Assembly: GCA_000708835.1 (NCBI GenBank)
Contig: DF237002.1
Location: forward strand, 156,291 to 220,290
DNA length: 64,000 nt
DNA from: Klebsormidium nitens
Taxonomy: Eukaryota; Plantae; Klebsormidiophyceae
Direction: 5' to 3'
The translations under genes and the position numbers were made by a program. Below, piece by piece: positions 1 to 13,500 of this stretch (positions within the stretch are counted from its first letter, which is position 1; each line of letters opens with the position of its first letter). The notes beneath the pieces were generated by a model. The model made no database searches and had not been told where the DNA came from. It was given only the letters and a program-made list of their open reading frames with translations.

Positions 1-200
1 GTCCGGTTACCTCCCGGGCCGACACCTTGTTCACCGCGGCAGATTGATATCGCGCGCGCGTCCGCGTGAACGGTGCTAACCTCAGGTTTTGACTACCGTA
101 CCACATGCGCGCGCATGATTGGAATGCGCCCGGCCGCCGCCATAAGGGCAGAACGGGCCGGCGGCCGCGCAGCCGCCTGGCCCCGCATGCGGCCGCGTCA
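1..200. promoter_or_regulatory. GC/CpG-rich promoter-like segment upstream of TOP2
   Basis: Dense CG/GCGC/GGCC runs (cgcgcgcgcg, cggccggcggccgcgc) that contrast with the TG/CA-rich sequence downstream. It lies upstream of the TOP2 coding region. Function is inferred only. Confidence 0.3.
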
Positions 201-1512
201 GCGCGTTCCGCGGTAATCCTCGAGCCGATAAAACCTGCAAATCCTGCGGTCGTTCTCACTCAAGGTGCATTTCGACGATGAACTTCGAAGATCTTGACTC
301 AAGGTACCATTGAATCCCAAAGAAAGTTCGATGTCGAAGAGATAGACCTTGTCGGACCTGCAGGTCAACTGCTCGCTAGGAGATTCAAATTTGGAACTTG
401 GAGCAAGCTGCAAAAGGCGCTAGGAGTACCTAGGACAGCCAGCAGCTGAGCAGGGCACTTTGGCGCGGCGCCCATTGACCCTTGCAAGGTCTGCAAGGAG
501 AGGTTGTGCACAAAAACAAAAGGGTTCTTGCTTGATCATTCCCTCATCTGAGTACAATTGATCAGGTAGGTAAAGCTGGCTGCTGGACAGATCAAGTCCT
601 GGTGAAAAGGAGTCACTGCAAGGGCGCCACTGAGGCATTAACGGCAGAGGTACGTGTCATATGTGTACAAATGGAAGGGCCTGGCAACTGCATCAGTCCA
701 GCTATCGGCGTTCTTACTTTCAGAGCTTTTCTCAAGGTCTGCCAGTAGGCTGACTAGGTACAATGATTGGCTGTTGGCGCGGGTCTGCGTGTAGAAAGAC
801 CCATCAGCGTTACGTGACGAGCGTACTCTGTTACATGAGCGTTTGAGGATGTTGCGGATGAAAAACCTAGCCACTAGATTGGAGGAGGTGACCTATATAT
901 GATGCACAATGAACGCAGTCATCCGTGCTGCAGGCTAGCGCTGCTTAAGGCAACGATTTACGATTTTACGCTGTTAACCGATCCCATATGCTGAGTCAAG
1001 GTAGCCAAAGGCTGCCTCTCCTTCCCTCCTTGAACTACATGGTCAGCGACCAAAGTTTCTTTGAGATGCCTCCATATGCTCTGCTACCTGGCTGTGTCAA
1101 GCATCTTGTATCCTGTTCTAATCTTCCATACCTTGTGGATGCAGCATTCCACATTCAAGCAGCATATCAGACTTGAAAGATGGATTTTGATTATGAGGAG
1201 CAAGAGAATGTGGTGCCCATCAAAGCAGCAAAGGTAGGTGGCGGTACTTGATGGCAATTGCAAGAATACCTCATAACGGGGTTTGGAACGCTGTGTGTTC
1301 AACCCTTGCCTTCTGAGAAGCATGCGTCCAAATGCCGCGGTTGCTTCTTGCAAATGCTAGCACACAGCTGTCGAACTGGTTGCTTTTGATCTGTAGTGCA
1401 ACTCTTGAGTTATTTCCCACAACTGTCTTCTAAGAGCAGGGCGTCGTCTGCCTCTCTCCGTCTTGTTTCAGCAGGCTGGCTCTTGCTGACAATACCACTA
1501 CCTGACTCTCCT

Positions 1513-4500
1513 ATGCAGGCCGCAAAAGCAAAAGCTGCAAAGCCCAGCAATGGGCCTCCACTCCAAAGCATCTCCGCTCACAACGTTAACCAGGAGAAGA
1601 CCATTGAGGCAACCTACCAGAAGAAGACGCAATTGGAACATATCCTATTGCGGCCGGACACTTATGTCGGCTCAGTGGAGCAGCACACGCAAAATCTGTG
1701 GGTTTATGAGCATGGGGAGCTGGCATTGAGAGATGTCAAGTTTGTGCCTGGGTAAGTGGCGCAAACAGAGGTCCTCCCAGTTGAACTCAGTGCCCAGGAC
1801 GACTTTTCTATAGCATTGCAGTGCTCCTCAGCTTGAGAACAGTGCTGAAAGTTGGTCCTGCTGCATGTTATGGCTGCGGATTAGCACAGTACCTGGCTGC
1901 CTTTGAGTTGCTGTTGGGAATGCGGTGGGGCATGCAAGGATTGCATTGCTACTCGCAGTTCCGAAATGAATTTTAGGACTCAGCTGACAGAGTATCTTGT
2001 GCACCCATCCTGAGCCGCAAAGAGCCAAGAGCAAATCGTTCTGCTGCTGCAGCAGATTGCATGTGTCACCAGGAAATGCCAGGTGCGTACGCAACACGTA
2101 GAACCACATCGAAGACCCCTGCAATGCCCCATCCATGCTGTGAATGAGACGATGCCGGACAAGCTCTGCAGCACAAAATCAATTTCTGCCAAAGCATCTC
2201 GTGTACTCTCCGTCTTTTGCAGGCTGTACAAGATCTTTGATGAGATCCTGGTGAACGCCGCAGACAACAAGCAGCGGGACTCCAGCATGGACTCGCTCAA
2301 GGTCACCATCGATCCTGAGAGCAACACTATCAGCGTGTACAACAACGGAGCGGGCCTGCCGGTCGAGGTTCACGCCGAGGAAGGCGTCTACGTGCCTGAG
2401 CTGGTCTTTGGGCATCTGCTCACAAGCAGCAACTACGACGACTCTCAGAAGAAGACCACGGGCGGCAGGAATGGGTATGGAGCGAAGCTGACCAACATTT
2501 TCTCCACCGAGTTTGTGATTGAGACGGCGGATGGGGCGAGGGGCCGCAAGTACAAGCAGGTGAGAAATGGGTGTGTTTGCTGATGCTCGGAGTCTGTGCT
2601 GGGCCAAGTTGGATTTTCCGCAAGGCAAGTGCCTTTTCATGAAAGATGCTAAACGATTGTGTTGTTGATTGAAGGCAAGGGAAGTAAAAGCAAGTCTACT
2701 GCTTCGTAAGAAGGGAAGCATTGCTTCCTGTTGCTTGGAAATCGAAGCTTAGGCTCCGGCAGTCGCTGATTCGGCCCTAGTTTGCTCCTGGTGCTAAAGG
2801 GCTCTATACGCCATGCTGACACGGTGAGGCACCTCAAATTCCTCAGGTCTCATCCTCGAAAATCAGATCCTGTATTTTGGTCTACCCCAGGTCTTCTCAA
2901 ACAACATGGGCGTGAAGGGCAAGCCAGAGATCAAGAGCTGCAAGCCAACCGACAACTGGACACGGGTCACATTCAAGCCGGACCTCTCTAAGTTCAACAT
3001 GGACCATCTAGAAGCTGACGTTGTTGCGTTGATGAGCAAGCGTGTTTGTGACATGGCCGGGTGTCTCGGCAAGACGGTCAAGGTGAGCTTTATGACCCAT
3101 GTGTAGCCTTAGTTTGGTAGCATACATTCGTGGAGCAGCGTATGCCAACAAAGCGGCAGGCACAAGATGGGTGCATTTGCATACAGCCAGGGACTTGGTC
3201 AACAAAACTTTTCGTGGTCTCTGTTTTGCAGGCACAAACCTGGTCTGATGACCACCTTTTTTCAACTTAATGTCTTATTGAGAATGAGACAGCTTTTCCT
3301 CAAAGCTGCCAGTCCATTTCTTCCTTGCGATTTAATTCATGCACAACGAGAAGACGTGCACTTCGAAGACGTGGTCGCATTTCCTCAAAGAACGACCCTT
3401 TTCTGTGAGACAAACAGCTGCTGATTCTTTGCAGCTCAAAGAAAGGCCTTCTTCTATCCGAGACAATCAGCTTTTGTATCTCTCGAGATCCTTCTCTGGG
3501 ATAGGCATAGTGAGCTCAAGTCAGAATGAGAACGAAGCTAACACTAAAAACATAAACCCAAAGAATCACCTGCTCCACATCCGTACCCACCCTAACCCCC
3601 ATACTAATCCCACCCGTCCCAGTACCATAAGTCGAGCTTACCATACCTTTCTAGTTCTCTCAAGAGTTGCATATGCCTGTCTCTGCCTGTGCAGGTGGAG
3701 CTGAACGGGAGCAGGCTTCCGATCAAGGACTTCAGCGACTACGTCAACATGTTTATGCGGCCAACCAACAATGCGAGGAAGGAGCAGGGCCAGCCCGAGC
3801 TGGACCGCTTCTACCACAAGACTGACCGCTGGGAAGTGGTAGTGTCCCAGAGCGGGGGGCAGTTCCAGCAGGCAAGTTCACTCCATGGATTCTATTGCAC
3901 CCGACCAATTTGGCCAGCGTTCTGATTGAGGGGAAGATTGATGTTTTGAGCGAGACAGTGCGTAAGAAAGGCATTGGCTCCCATTGAAAACACGTTGATC
4001 TGTGAGCGAGTGCATACTAGAAAGCTGGAGGAGTTAGCTTTGAACGAGACTCGAAGCCTCAACAAGCTAGATATTATGTCGGCTCTTACAGCACCTGTCG
4101 AACCAGCTCTTTACCAAGATTTGGTTCCCCGCAGGACTACGTCGTAAGTATAAAGAATCTGTGGTATTAGACCCTGACTTTCAGACCGAGACGCCAGCTG
4201 AGCCCGGGAACCAGCTCTGAACCAGGCTATCAACCCGGTTTCTGCTCCTTACAGGTCAGCTTCGTGAACAGCATCTGCACGACGAAGGGAGGCTCCCATG
4301 TGAACTACGTCACGGACCAGGTCGTGAACCACGTGATGGACTGGATCAAGAACAGCAAGAAGAAGGACGTCAAGTCCGCGGGCGTCAAGAACTTTCACGT
4401 GAAGAACCACCTGTGGGTGTTTGTCAACGCGCTCGTCGACAACCCCGCGTTCGACTCGCAAACCAAGGAGACGCTCACGACTCGCCAGGCGCAGTTCGGG

Positions 4501-7500
4501 TCCACGTGTCAGTTGCCGGAGAAGATCCTCAAGAACGGTGAGCGGCGAGAAGCTTGCTGGAGGGCCTCCTGAAAGCACTGCGCTGGTTCAATCGTAGGAC
4601 TTGGTTATGGACTGGAAATAGACGATCAAAAACAGGGATTTCGAACTTCTTGTCCGAGACATCCCACGAAGCTACTCCTGGTTTGGGTAGGTGTGCTTGC
4701 CGCTACGAGTTTCTATGAAGTGGCAAACGAGAACAATTTGAATCGCTCTGGTTTGATTTATACGCCAACCTGCACCCTCTTTCCGTTTCATTTCCCTGTC
4801 AGAGACCAGTTGCAAAGAAATGAGACGCTTCTCAAAGAGCACAGCCATGAATCTCAAAATAGCCACGCTTTCTGCCATAGCGCCCCTCGGACATCTCCAC
4901 CAGATCCCAGATACTTCGACCCCTTGCCGCACTTTTCCGTCCAAATTGGGGAACTCGGACATTAAGCACTCGGCGCTGTCCGTGGCGTCCCCGGAGGACC
5001 TGAAGAAGACGGACGGCGCCAAGCCCAGCTAGTGTTCAGTCCTGCATGAGATTAGAAAGCTTCGGAGTCCTCCATGCTTCATACAAAGCCCACTCTCCGA
5101 CCATCAAATCAACTTTTTTGCCCCTTGTCTCTAATGGAGAAGTCGGACATCGTGCACGTGGCGCTGTCCGTAGCGAAGCCAAGCCCAGGTCAAAGTCAAT
5201 CCTTCATGTCAACGAGATTTCAAAAGTTCCCACGTTTCATGCGAAAGCCGCTCTTCAAACCCGCTTTCTGTTGCCCCGTGTCCGCAGTTGTGAACTCGGA
5301 CATCGTGCATGCGGCGCTGTCCGTGGCGTCCGCGAAGCTGCAGAAGGACCTCAAGAAGACGGACGGCGCGAAACGCACGCGCCTGGTGGGCATCCAGAAG
5401 CTGGACGACGCCAACGACGCAGGCGGCAGATACTCCGCGGACTGCACGCTCATCCTCACCGAGGGCGACTCCGCCAAGACCCTTGCGGTAAGATTGCTCA
5501 GTGCGAAGTCGGATCTCAAATTGCATCTGAGCATCGCTGGTAGATGATCTCTGCTCATGTTCGATAACATGCGAGGGGGTTTCTTTGTGCTCCCTTGTGC
5601 ATCGGATAAAGACGTCGAGGAACGTGTCACTTTTCTTTGGCCAGAGTGCAAGACTTATGAAACTTGTCCAGAGTCTTCCTTCAAGAACTTGTCAATCTAG
5701 ACAAGAGCTCCGTCAGTCCAAGCTCAAACCAAAGGGAGGTCAACCTATCCCCCGCTCGTCCCTGCCGGGCTGCGCGAATGAGCCAAGAACTTTCTGCCTG
5801 TCTTCCACGTTTGCCGCTCAAGGAAACCTTCACAAACCCCTCAAAAGTGCCACAAGTTCCACTCGGTGACTAGGATCGAAGTTCTCCTTCACTCGCTGTT
5901 TTACAGGTGAGCGGGCTGGGCGTGGTTGGGCGCGACAAGTACGGCGTGTTCCCGCTGCGCGGCAAGCTGCTGAACGTGCGCGACGCGAGCACGAAGCAGA
6001 TCACGGACAACGCGGAGATCAGCCTGATCAAGCAGATCATGGGCCTGCAGCACGGCAAGGTCTACGAGGACACCAAGGCGCTGCGCTACGGCCACCTCAT
6101 GATCATGACCGACCAGGTGGGGACCATTTTTTCTAGTATTAGTCCATCCTTTTGTGCTTGAGTACGTTTTTTTCCGATGAGAATTCTCGGAGGAGGAAGA
6201 CAGGCTGGGGGCGATGTTTTACGGGCTTCGGTGCAATAGACGGGAATATTCAAGGGTATCGAGCAGGGAGCCACCAGGGCGGTCACTTCGTTTGCCCGTC
6301 TTGTCTTTGGTGGCGATTCAGTAAGGATGCGTCTGTCTTGAGCGATTTGTGCGAATCAGAGGCGCTCTGCGAATGCAGCCTACTCAGAGTCATCACATTC
6401 CATCCGTCCTTTGGGTAGGGTTCTCAGTAGCAACCGACGACAAATCCTCCTTTGGTCTTGCCACGCAAAAAACTGCAGGAATGCGTCAGGTGACTTTGTT
6501 GAGCAGCCATTCTGCCCTGGCGATTATACCTCTCAACTCTGTGCTGGTACCATTACTTGGGTCACTCTTTCATTGAACCCTGGCAAAATTGCAATACATG
6601 CAGGACCACGACGGGTCGCATATTAAGGGCCTCCTCATCAACTTCTTGCACTCCTTCTGGCCGTCGCTGCTCAAGATCCCGGGCTTCCTCCTCGAGTTCA
6701 TCACGCCCATCGTCAAGGTAAGACTTTCAGCCCTCAATTTGAAGAATGTCTCTTTGGTGAGCCCCAGGAGCTTTGCTTGCTCAAAAAGGGTTTGTCTCCA
6801 GAAGGTTCTTCCGCAATACTCCAGCTTGGCGGTTTTCACTCGGTTCTTGGATCTAGAATGTGGTTCAAGAAGTGCGGTCGCATACGAAGCATACAGAGTT
6901 GGATGTTGTCCGTGTCGATATTCTCTCGGCAGGAGGCGTCAGTGGTTCCAGCCTCTGGCGTCTGACTTCACGCTGACGTCATTGTTCCTCGCAGGCGACC
7001 CACGGAAACCAGAAGCTGTCGTTCTACACCATCCCCGAGTACGAGAGCTGGAAGGAGTCCCTGGGCCCGGCCGCCAAAAACTGGAGCATCAAGTACTACA
7101 AAGTAAGCCGAGGCGAAGACGTCCTGGAATACACACAGAGCAACTTTCGTTGAGTTGACATCGGTGTGTCCAAGTCATCAGCAGAATGGGACGAGTCTAC
7201 CTACATTCTCCTACCAAAGAGAATCGTGGTCTCCTGATTGTACAGGTCCGACCATTTGCCGCTCCAAGGGCGCAAGTTTTGCATTATCGCAGGGTATCTA
7301 TTTGTAGGTTTGAGCGTTAGTATTTGAAATCGAGATGGTTCACGTTGAGGAGCGACCTGCTCTGCATCATTACCCAAAAGCTCCCCAACCCCTACCCACC
7401 CTGTGCGGGTAACGATGAACTGCGTTTACGACATTCCTTGCGATCGAGTCGAGCAGAACTAAGCTGACCCCGCGGGTTCTGCTCTTTTCTGAGTCTGCGC

Positions 7501-10500
7501 TTTAAAAGACCAGAAATCCAATTACAACATTAAACAGGAAAGGCAGGATCTTCAAACGTTCTGCTTCTGTGCAGGGTCTTGGTACATCCACCCCGTTGGA
7601 GGCGAAAGAGTACTTTGCGGACCTTGACATGCACCAGAAGGAGTTCCGTTGGACCGGAGAGCAGGACGGCGACTGCATCGAGCTGGCCTTCAGCAAGAAG
7701 AAGATTGAGGCGCGCAAGGCCTGGCTCTCCAACTGCGAGGTGAGGATGCACGCTGAGCTGAAACTCTGAGCTTGATCGAAGATGTTAGTGAGAGGGGTTC
7801 TGGTGTATGTTCAGTGAAGCATTCTGGCCCGATGGAACAGATAAGACGCCGTCGGTCAGCCTGATTGTTAAACTGGTTCTCCTGGCCTTTCAACCCTCCA
7901 TTCAACGATTCGAGCGCCTTCGGCCGGCACTTCATAGAATAAAAGCTTGCTCCTCCTTCAAACGCGGATGGGCAGGGACTCAAAGAAGAGCTGCCTGCAG
8001 CTAAGCACAGTTTCACACCAAAGAGTGATTGTTGCCTGTACGAAGTGATTTTCAAGCTTTCCATCACCCAATGAACAGCTGGGTCGTGTGTCTTTTTGCA
8101 GCCGGGCACGTTCCTGGACCAGAGCGTGGACGTCATCCCGTACCACGACTTCGTGAACAAGGAGCTCATCCTGTTCTCCATGGCCGACCTGGCCCGCTCC
8201 ATCCCTTCCGCCGTCGACGGGTTCAAGCCGGGCCAGCGGAAGATCCTCTTCGGCTGCTTCAAGCACAAGGTCAAAAAGTCGGTCAAGGTAAGGGCCCTGG
8301 GCGTTCGATTCCTAGATTTTCTGGCTCGAAAGCGCTTCTTTCTCGTAAGCGCCCATGATGTATAAGCAAGGAGCCGTCCTATTCGTGAAACCCTCGGTTG
8401 AAGAACCCAGTTGCAAGCGCGTGTGACACGGACGAGCCTGATGGGCTTTTCACTCTCTGTTTAAGGGAGAGGCGCCTTTGTTCTGGCAGAATGACCACTC
8501 GAATCACTCTCTGGAGCAGTCTTGGTAAGTTGCGCAGACAGTCGAAACCATCTCCCGCCTACTGTTCTTCGAAATAGGCTTCATTGCAAAACACACTCAA
8601 AACTGTCGAACAACTCGCTTCTCAAAAGAGTAGAACCTGACTCTCTCCCCGCAAGCGGTACCTGGAGGGCAGCAGTGAGTCCCTTCACGATACCTCATTC
8701 TGACGCTGTAGCATCTAAGGCAGTCCAAGAGTCAAGGTATCAAGAAAGCCTCACTGCTGAAACCGAGACCGAATCAAACTCAGAGGCTTGACACTTGATT
8801 CTCCGCTCTCGTTGTCAGGTGGGCATCAAAGATCTTGCAGGGCAAGTACAAGAATGGAGATCAACTTCAATTCATTCAAGGCAGAGCACCGTCAGCTCCT
8901 ACTTGCTGAACACAACCCCAAACTACCGTCGTGTCAGAGCCTTACTTCTTGAGTGAGGGTCTTAATTTCTGCTGTTTCTGGCAGGTGGGCATTTTGCAGG
9001 GCATCATCAGCTCGAGCACGGCGTACCACCACGGCGACACCAGCCTGCAGGCGACCATCATCGGCATGGCGCAAAACTTTGTGGGCAGCCAGAACATCAA
9101 CGTGCTCAACCCGGAGGGCATGTTCGGCTCCAGGCTCATGGTGCGTGCGCGCAGATGCACCCTGTATGGCTTTTCTTAGTCTATTCGGGGAAGTTGTCTT
9201 TCTGAGGAAATCACTGTCGCTTCGATGCATTGGCATGGCGCAGACTTTCCGTGGGCCGTCAGCGTGCTCGAAGCGGAGGGCATGCTCTGCTCACGGTTCA
9301 TCGTGCGCCTCACACGCAGACGCAATCTATTTGATTTTTGGATCTTTACTTTGTTTGTGAAAATTCTCGTCTGACAAAAATTCGAGGACTCTACATCCAT
9401 ATGTAGAGCGGGCTTTCTCATGCATGTAACCGCTTACCACGGTCGCGAGTATGACTGTACGTCAAGCACTCCTGACTTCACCATGTGTGGGTGCGGGCTT
9501 GTTCTGATCTGGAGCTACAACCTCCTATTCTGAGCATCCGAGATGTCTTCCGTGTTCACTCCTCCAGCCCGTTAAACAAGGCGTCGTGAATCTCCATCGC
9601 ACATCCTGTAAAGTTCTCAAGAAGCGCACGAATGGAACCGGTAGGGCACGCAAGTGAAAAAGATGCAAGCTGTACGCGGAGTTGTTACTTGATCGCTCTT
9701 AGTCCTTTGCAGGGCGGCAAGGACGCCTCTCAGCCGCGGTACATCTCGACCCGGTTGGAGAAGGTCGCGCGCGCGATCTTCCCGCAGCTGGACGACAACG
9801 TGCTGACGTACCTGGATGACGACGGCCTCTCCATAGAGCCGCAGTGGTGCGTTTCTGGCCTTATTCTCCTTGACGTCAGGATTGCATCCCCTCTTTCAGG
9901 CGCCGTGCTTTGGCGTTGGTTTGCAAGTGCCTAGCTGCGTCTCCCTCAATGACATCACGAAGCTTGAGATAGTCTGGAGTGACTCTTAGAGTCGCTGCCT
10001 TCAGACCTAAGGTAAGTCCCCGCTTGCTTTCGGCAGCCACAGTCATTCAGAGCTCCCACCGTCTTTGTCCTTGCGCGTCTTCAGTGACGGAACCCCTGCC
10101 GACGCCACAGACTCCGCTTTCAGCATTTTCGGAACATGCAATCCAGTTGGAGTAAAAATTTTGAGCTCACAATCTGTAAAATGTTCAGGGCCTAATGAAG
10201 TACGCGAACCCAATTCTCCTCTGCCAGGAGCCGACCTCTTATTTCTCCGCCCTCTTCTCTCCTGACAAGCAGCCGTCTCCCCTTGAGACCTTTCCGTCGG
10301 GACCTTTACTTTTAGTTCAGAAAGTACAAGAGTTCTTAAACTCTCCGCTCCTTCGCCTAGGTACGTGCCCATTCTTCCGATGGTGCTGGTCAACGGCAGC
10401 GAGGGCATCGGCACCGGGTGGAGCAGCTTCGTGCCGCAGTACAACCCGCGCGAGATCGCGGAGAACATCAAGCGCATGCTGGACGGCCAGGAGCCGACGC

Positions 10501-13500
10501 CCATGACGCCCTGGTACCGGGGATTCACGGTGAGGCCCTTGCAAGGAAAAAGAAGATGGACAAATCTGGTGATGGAGTGTGCTTTTCATACCTTGAGCAA
10601 AGGAGTTGGGGCCAGATTTGCAGCGTTCGGAGGCTCTGGCAAGGCACTTTGGATACTGTGAAGTTGGCTTGAGTAGTGCTAATTTCCTCCAGCCCTGCCA
10701 TTTCTCCATTTCCGAGCTCGTGGTCAGTCTGGGACTCTGGAATCTGCTTGCGGGACGTCGTATAAGTGGACGCGAGTTGCTCCACGCAGACTGGATGGGA
10801 CGGAACCTGCAAGGTCGAAAATCTGCAAAAAATGTTCCGGTTTGGAAGAATGTCACAAGGTCGAGGCCTTCTTCCCGGTCATGACCAATTCAACCGGAAG
10901 ACTCCGCTCAGCAGCGCAGAACAACACACCAACAGCTCCTGCTCCTTTCTTCAGGGCACGATCGAGAAGAACGGCGACAAGTCGTACACGCTCAGCGGGC
11001 GCATCAGCAAGGTGGACGACACGACCCTGGAGATCACGGAGCTTCCGGTGCGGCGGTGGAGCACGGACTACAAGGAGTTCCTCGAGGGCCTGCTCACCGG
11101 CGGGGAGAAGAACGAGCAGCCCTTCATCAAGGTCAGGGCACAAGGACAGCTTGTCGCAATTGTTCGTGTTTGTGCTCGGTTTTAAGAGAGTTGCAGATGG
11201 TGACGTCATCTGCGCGAGCTTTGCGAGAAAAGAGCTAAGCTGGTCCAGGTCAGAGAGGCACCCCTTACAGGAACAAGAATCTTTGGTGCAGTTCTACTGG
11301 CTTGCGAAATATCTTTGTGATTCTCTTCGATTCCTGTGGAACGAGTGGGCATCGATTCCTTGCTCCTCAACAAAGCTGTTGGGAGGACAATCGTTGAAAG
11401 AACTCATGCCTGGTCGCCAAACGCTCCGTAAAAGGACCGTAAGCGTACGCGATGTCGTGGATAATATTGGGAAAGGACGAGCTTTGACGATCTTCTGGTT
11501 GTTGACTCTAGACCAAGCTTTCGGTGCTGACGTGGCTTACATTGCATTTGCTGCCCCGCAGGACTACCGCGACAACGGCGGCGACTTCAAAGTCCAGTTC
11601 ACGGTGCAGCTAAGCGAGGAGCGGATGAAGGAGGCGGAGGCGGCGGGGCTGCTGAAGAAGTTCAAGCTGACCACCACCGTCAGCACCAGCAACATGCACC
11701 TCTTCAACAGCAAGGGCAAGATCACCAAGTACGACACGCCCGAGCAGAGTGAGAAAGCGCCAATCTCTTGAGTTCCATTCTTTTCTTTGGAACTCTCCGG
11801 GCAGGGAGCTTATACTTGACGGCAGCGGTCATTTTGGGGTTGCGGGAGTGTGAGGATCAGGAGTTGATTTTTGTGCGAAGAGAGCTGGCAAGGAAAGATG
11901 GGCATGTCTTATTCAAAGCGTGTGTCCTTGTGGACTCTTGAGTGATGTTTACAGACAGCAACTTTTGGCATCCGCTAAAACGCAGACTCTGTCTTGCAGT
12001 TCTGGCCGACTTCTTCCCCCTGCGCCTCGAGTACTACAAGAAGCGGAAGGTGAGGCGAACCCTGTCTGATCCGTTTTGGTCAACCTGGAATTCCAGAGGC
12101 TTCCTTTTGGGCATCTAATCTACGGTGCGCTCAGAGTACACGGCCGACTCTGGTGATGTCACATCCTTCCGTGTCCGCATCTGTGAGTTTGTTTCATCCA
12201 GAACGGAACTGCAGCACCTGGCCCGTCAAAGTACTCGCTAATCTCGGGCCTCGGCCATGAAGAACCTTTCCAGCCCCTAGCCAGTTGGGCCCCGGTCCCA
12301 GTAATCTCTCTTATGGTGGGCGTCGGACATGCATGTCCATTCCAGACAATCTGCGGTGCTGGAAGCTAGATTCGCTGAACTTTGGATCTGCTTTCCGTCC
12401 AAAAAGGCCCAACCTTTTTGTAGATTCCATACCTTCGATTCCGACGCCAGTCTGAGAATTTCAAAATCACTCCTCCGATCCGTCCCCAGGCGTACATGAT
12501 GGAGGACGCGCGCTTCGAGGTGCGCAAGATCAGCAACCGCGTGCGCTTCATCCTGGACGTCGTCGAGAAGCGGCTCGAGGTGCGCAACCGCAAGAAGGCC
12601 GACCTCGTCGCGGAGCTCGCGCACAAAGGCTTTGACGCCATGCCCAAAGCGCGCATGAAGCGCGCGCACGTCGCGCAGCCGGCCGCGGAGGACGGGGATT
12701 CCGATGGCGAGGGCGCGGACGCGGCCGCGAAGGCGCCCGACGGCGCGAGCTACGACTACCTGCTGTCGATGCCGCTGTGGACGCTGACGGCGGAGCGGGT
12801 GAGGGGGCGGTTCCGGCGCGGAATGCGATCGGAACGTGTGCTTTTCTTATTGTCTTGACATTATTGGCTGGTCTTGAAGTACTAAAACAGAGGGGCTTTT
12901 ACTGAGCGCTGAGACAGGAATTGTGAAAGAGGAGATGCTAAGCGAGAGGGGCGGACCGTGACGATTCTCCTTTGAAAGGTCGCCAGCAACTTGTGCTAAG
13001 TTTCTGATGTGAAGTGAAGCAGTATTCCGCTTGAGATTGATACGGAGCCCTGGCAATGTTTTTGGTTATCCACATCTGCGACCTGAGAAGTCAGAAAGGT
13101 GTGATGCTTTTCATGAGGAAGCAACGGTCCTGAACAAGTTTCTACAGCCTTTCCCGCACAAAACTCACTGAAGCTTTCTAACATAGCTTCGTTTTTAACC
13201 ACTCGCTAGTGCTCCGCAGGTGCAAGACCTGCTGCGGACGAAGCAGGAGGAGGAGACCAAGCTGGCCGACCTGGAGGGCCTGCCCGAGGCGACCATGTGG
13301 CGGACCGATCTCGACTACTTCCTCCAAGTGCTCGACGTGAGCAGACTGCCGAGTGACCGTGTTTTGGTCGGAAGGTTAAAGTGCGTTTGTCGTCAGAGGA
13401 ACTATGGTTCGGTTGGTCGGTTGGATAGTCAAAGTCGGTTGTTTGCTGGAGCAAGTCCGTTTTGGTTGGTCGGGTTGGAGATTATAATCGTTTTTGTCTG

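Noticed and set aside
198-890. Short ORFs upstream of TOP2 (198-413, 420-638, 638-874 minus)
   Set aside because: No homology recognised; more likely 5' UTR, intron or promoter sequence of TOP2.
2179-12669. Long antisense or alternate-frame ORFs over TOP2 exons (e.g. 2179-2721, 4249-4578, 12277-12669 minus; 10842-11771 plus)
   Set aside because: Shadow ORFs caused by high GC3 in real exons; no recognisable domains.
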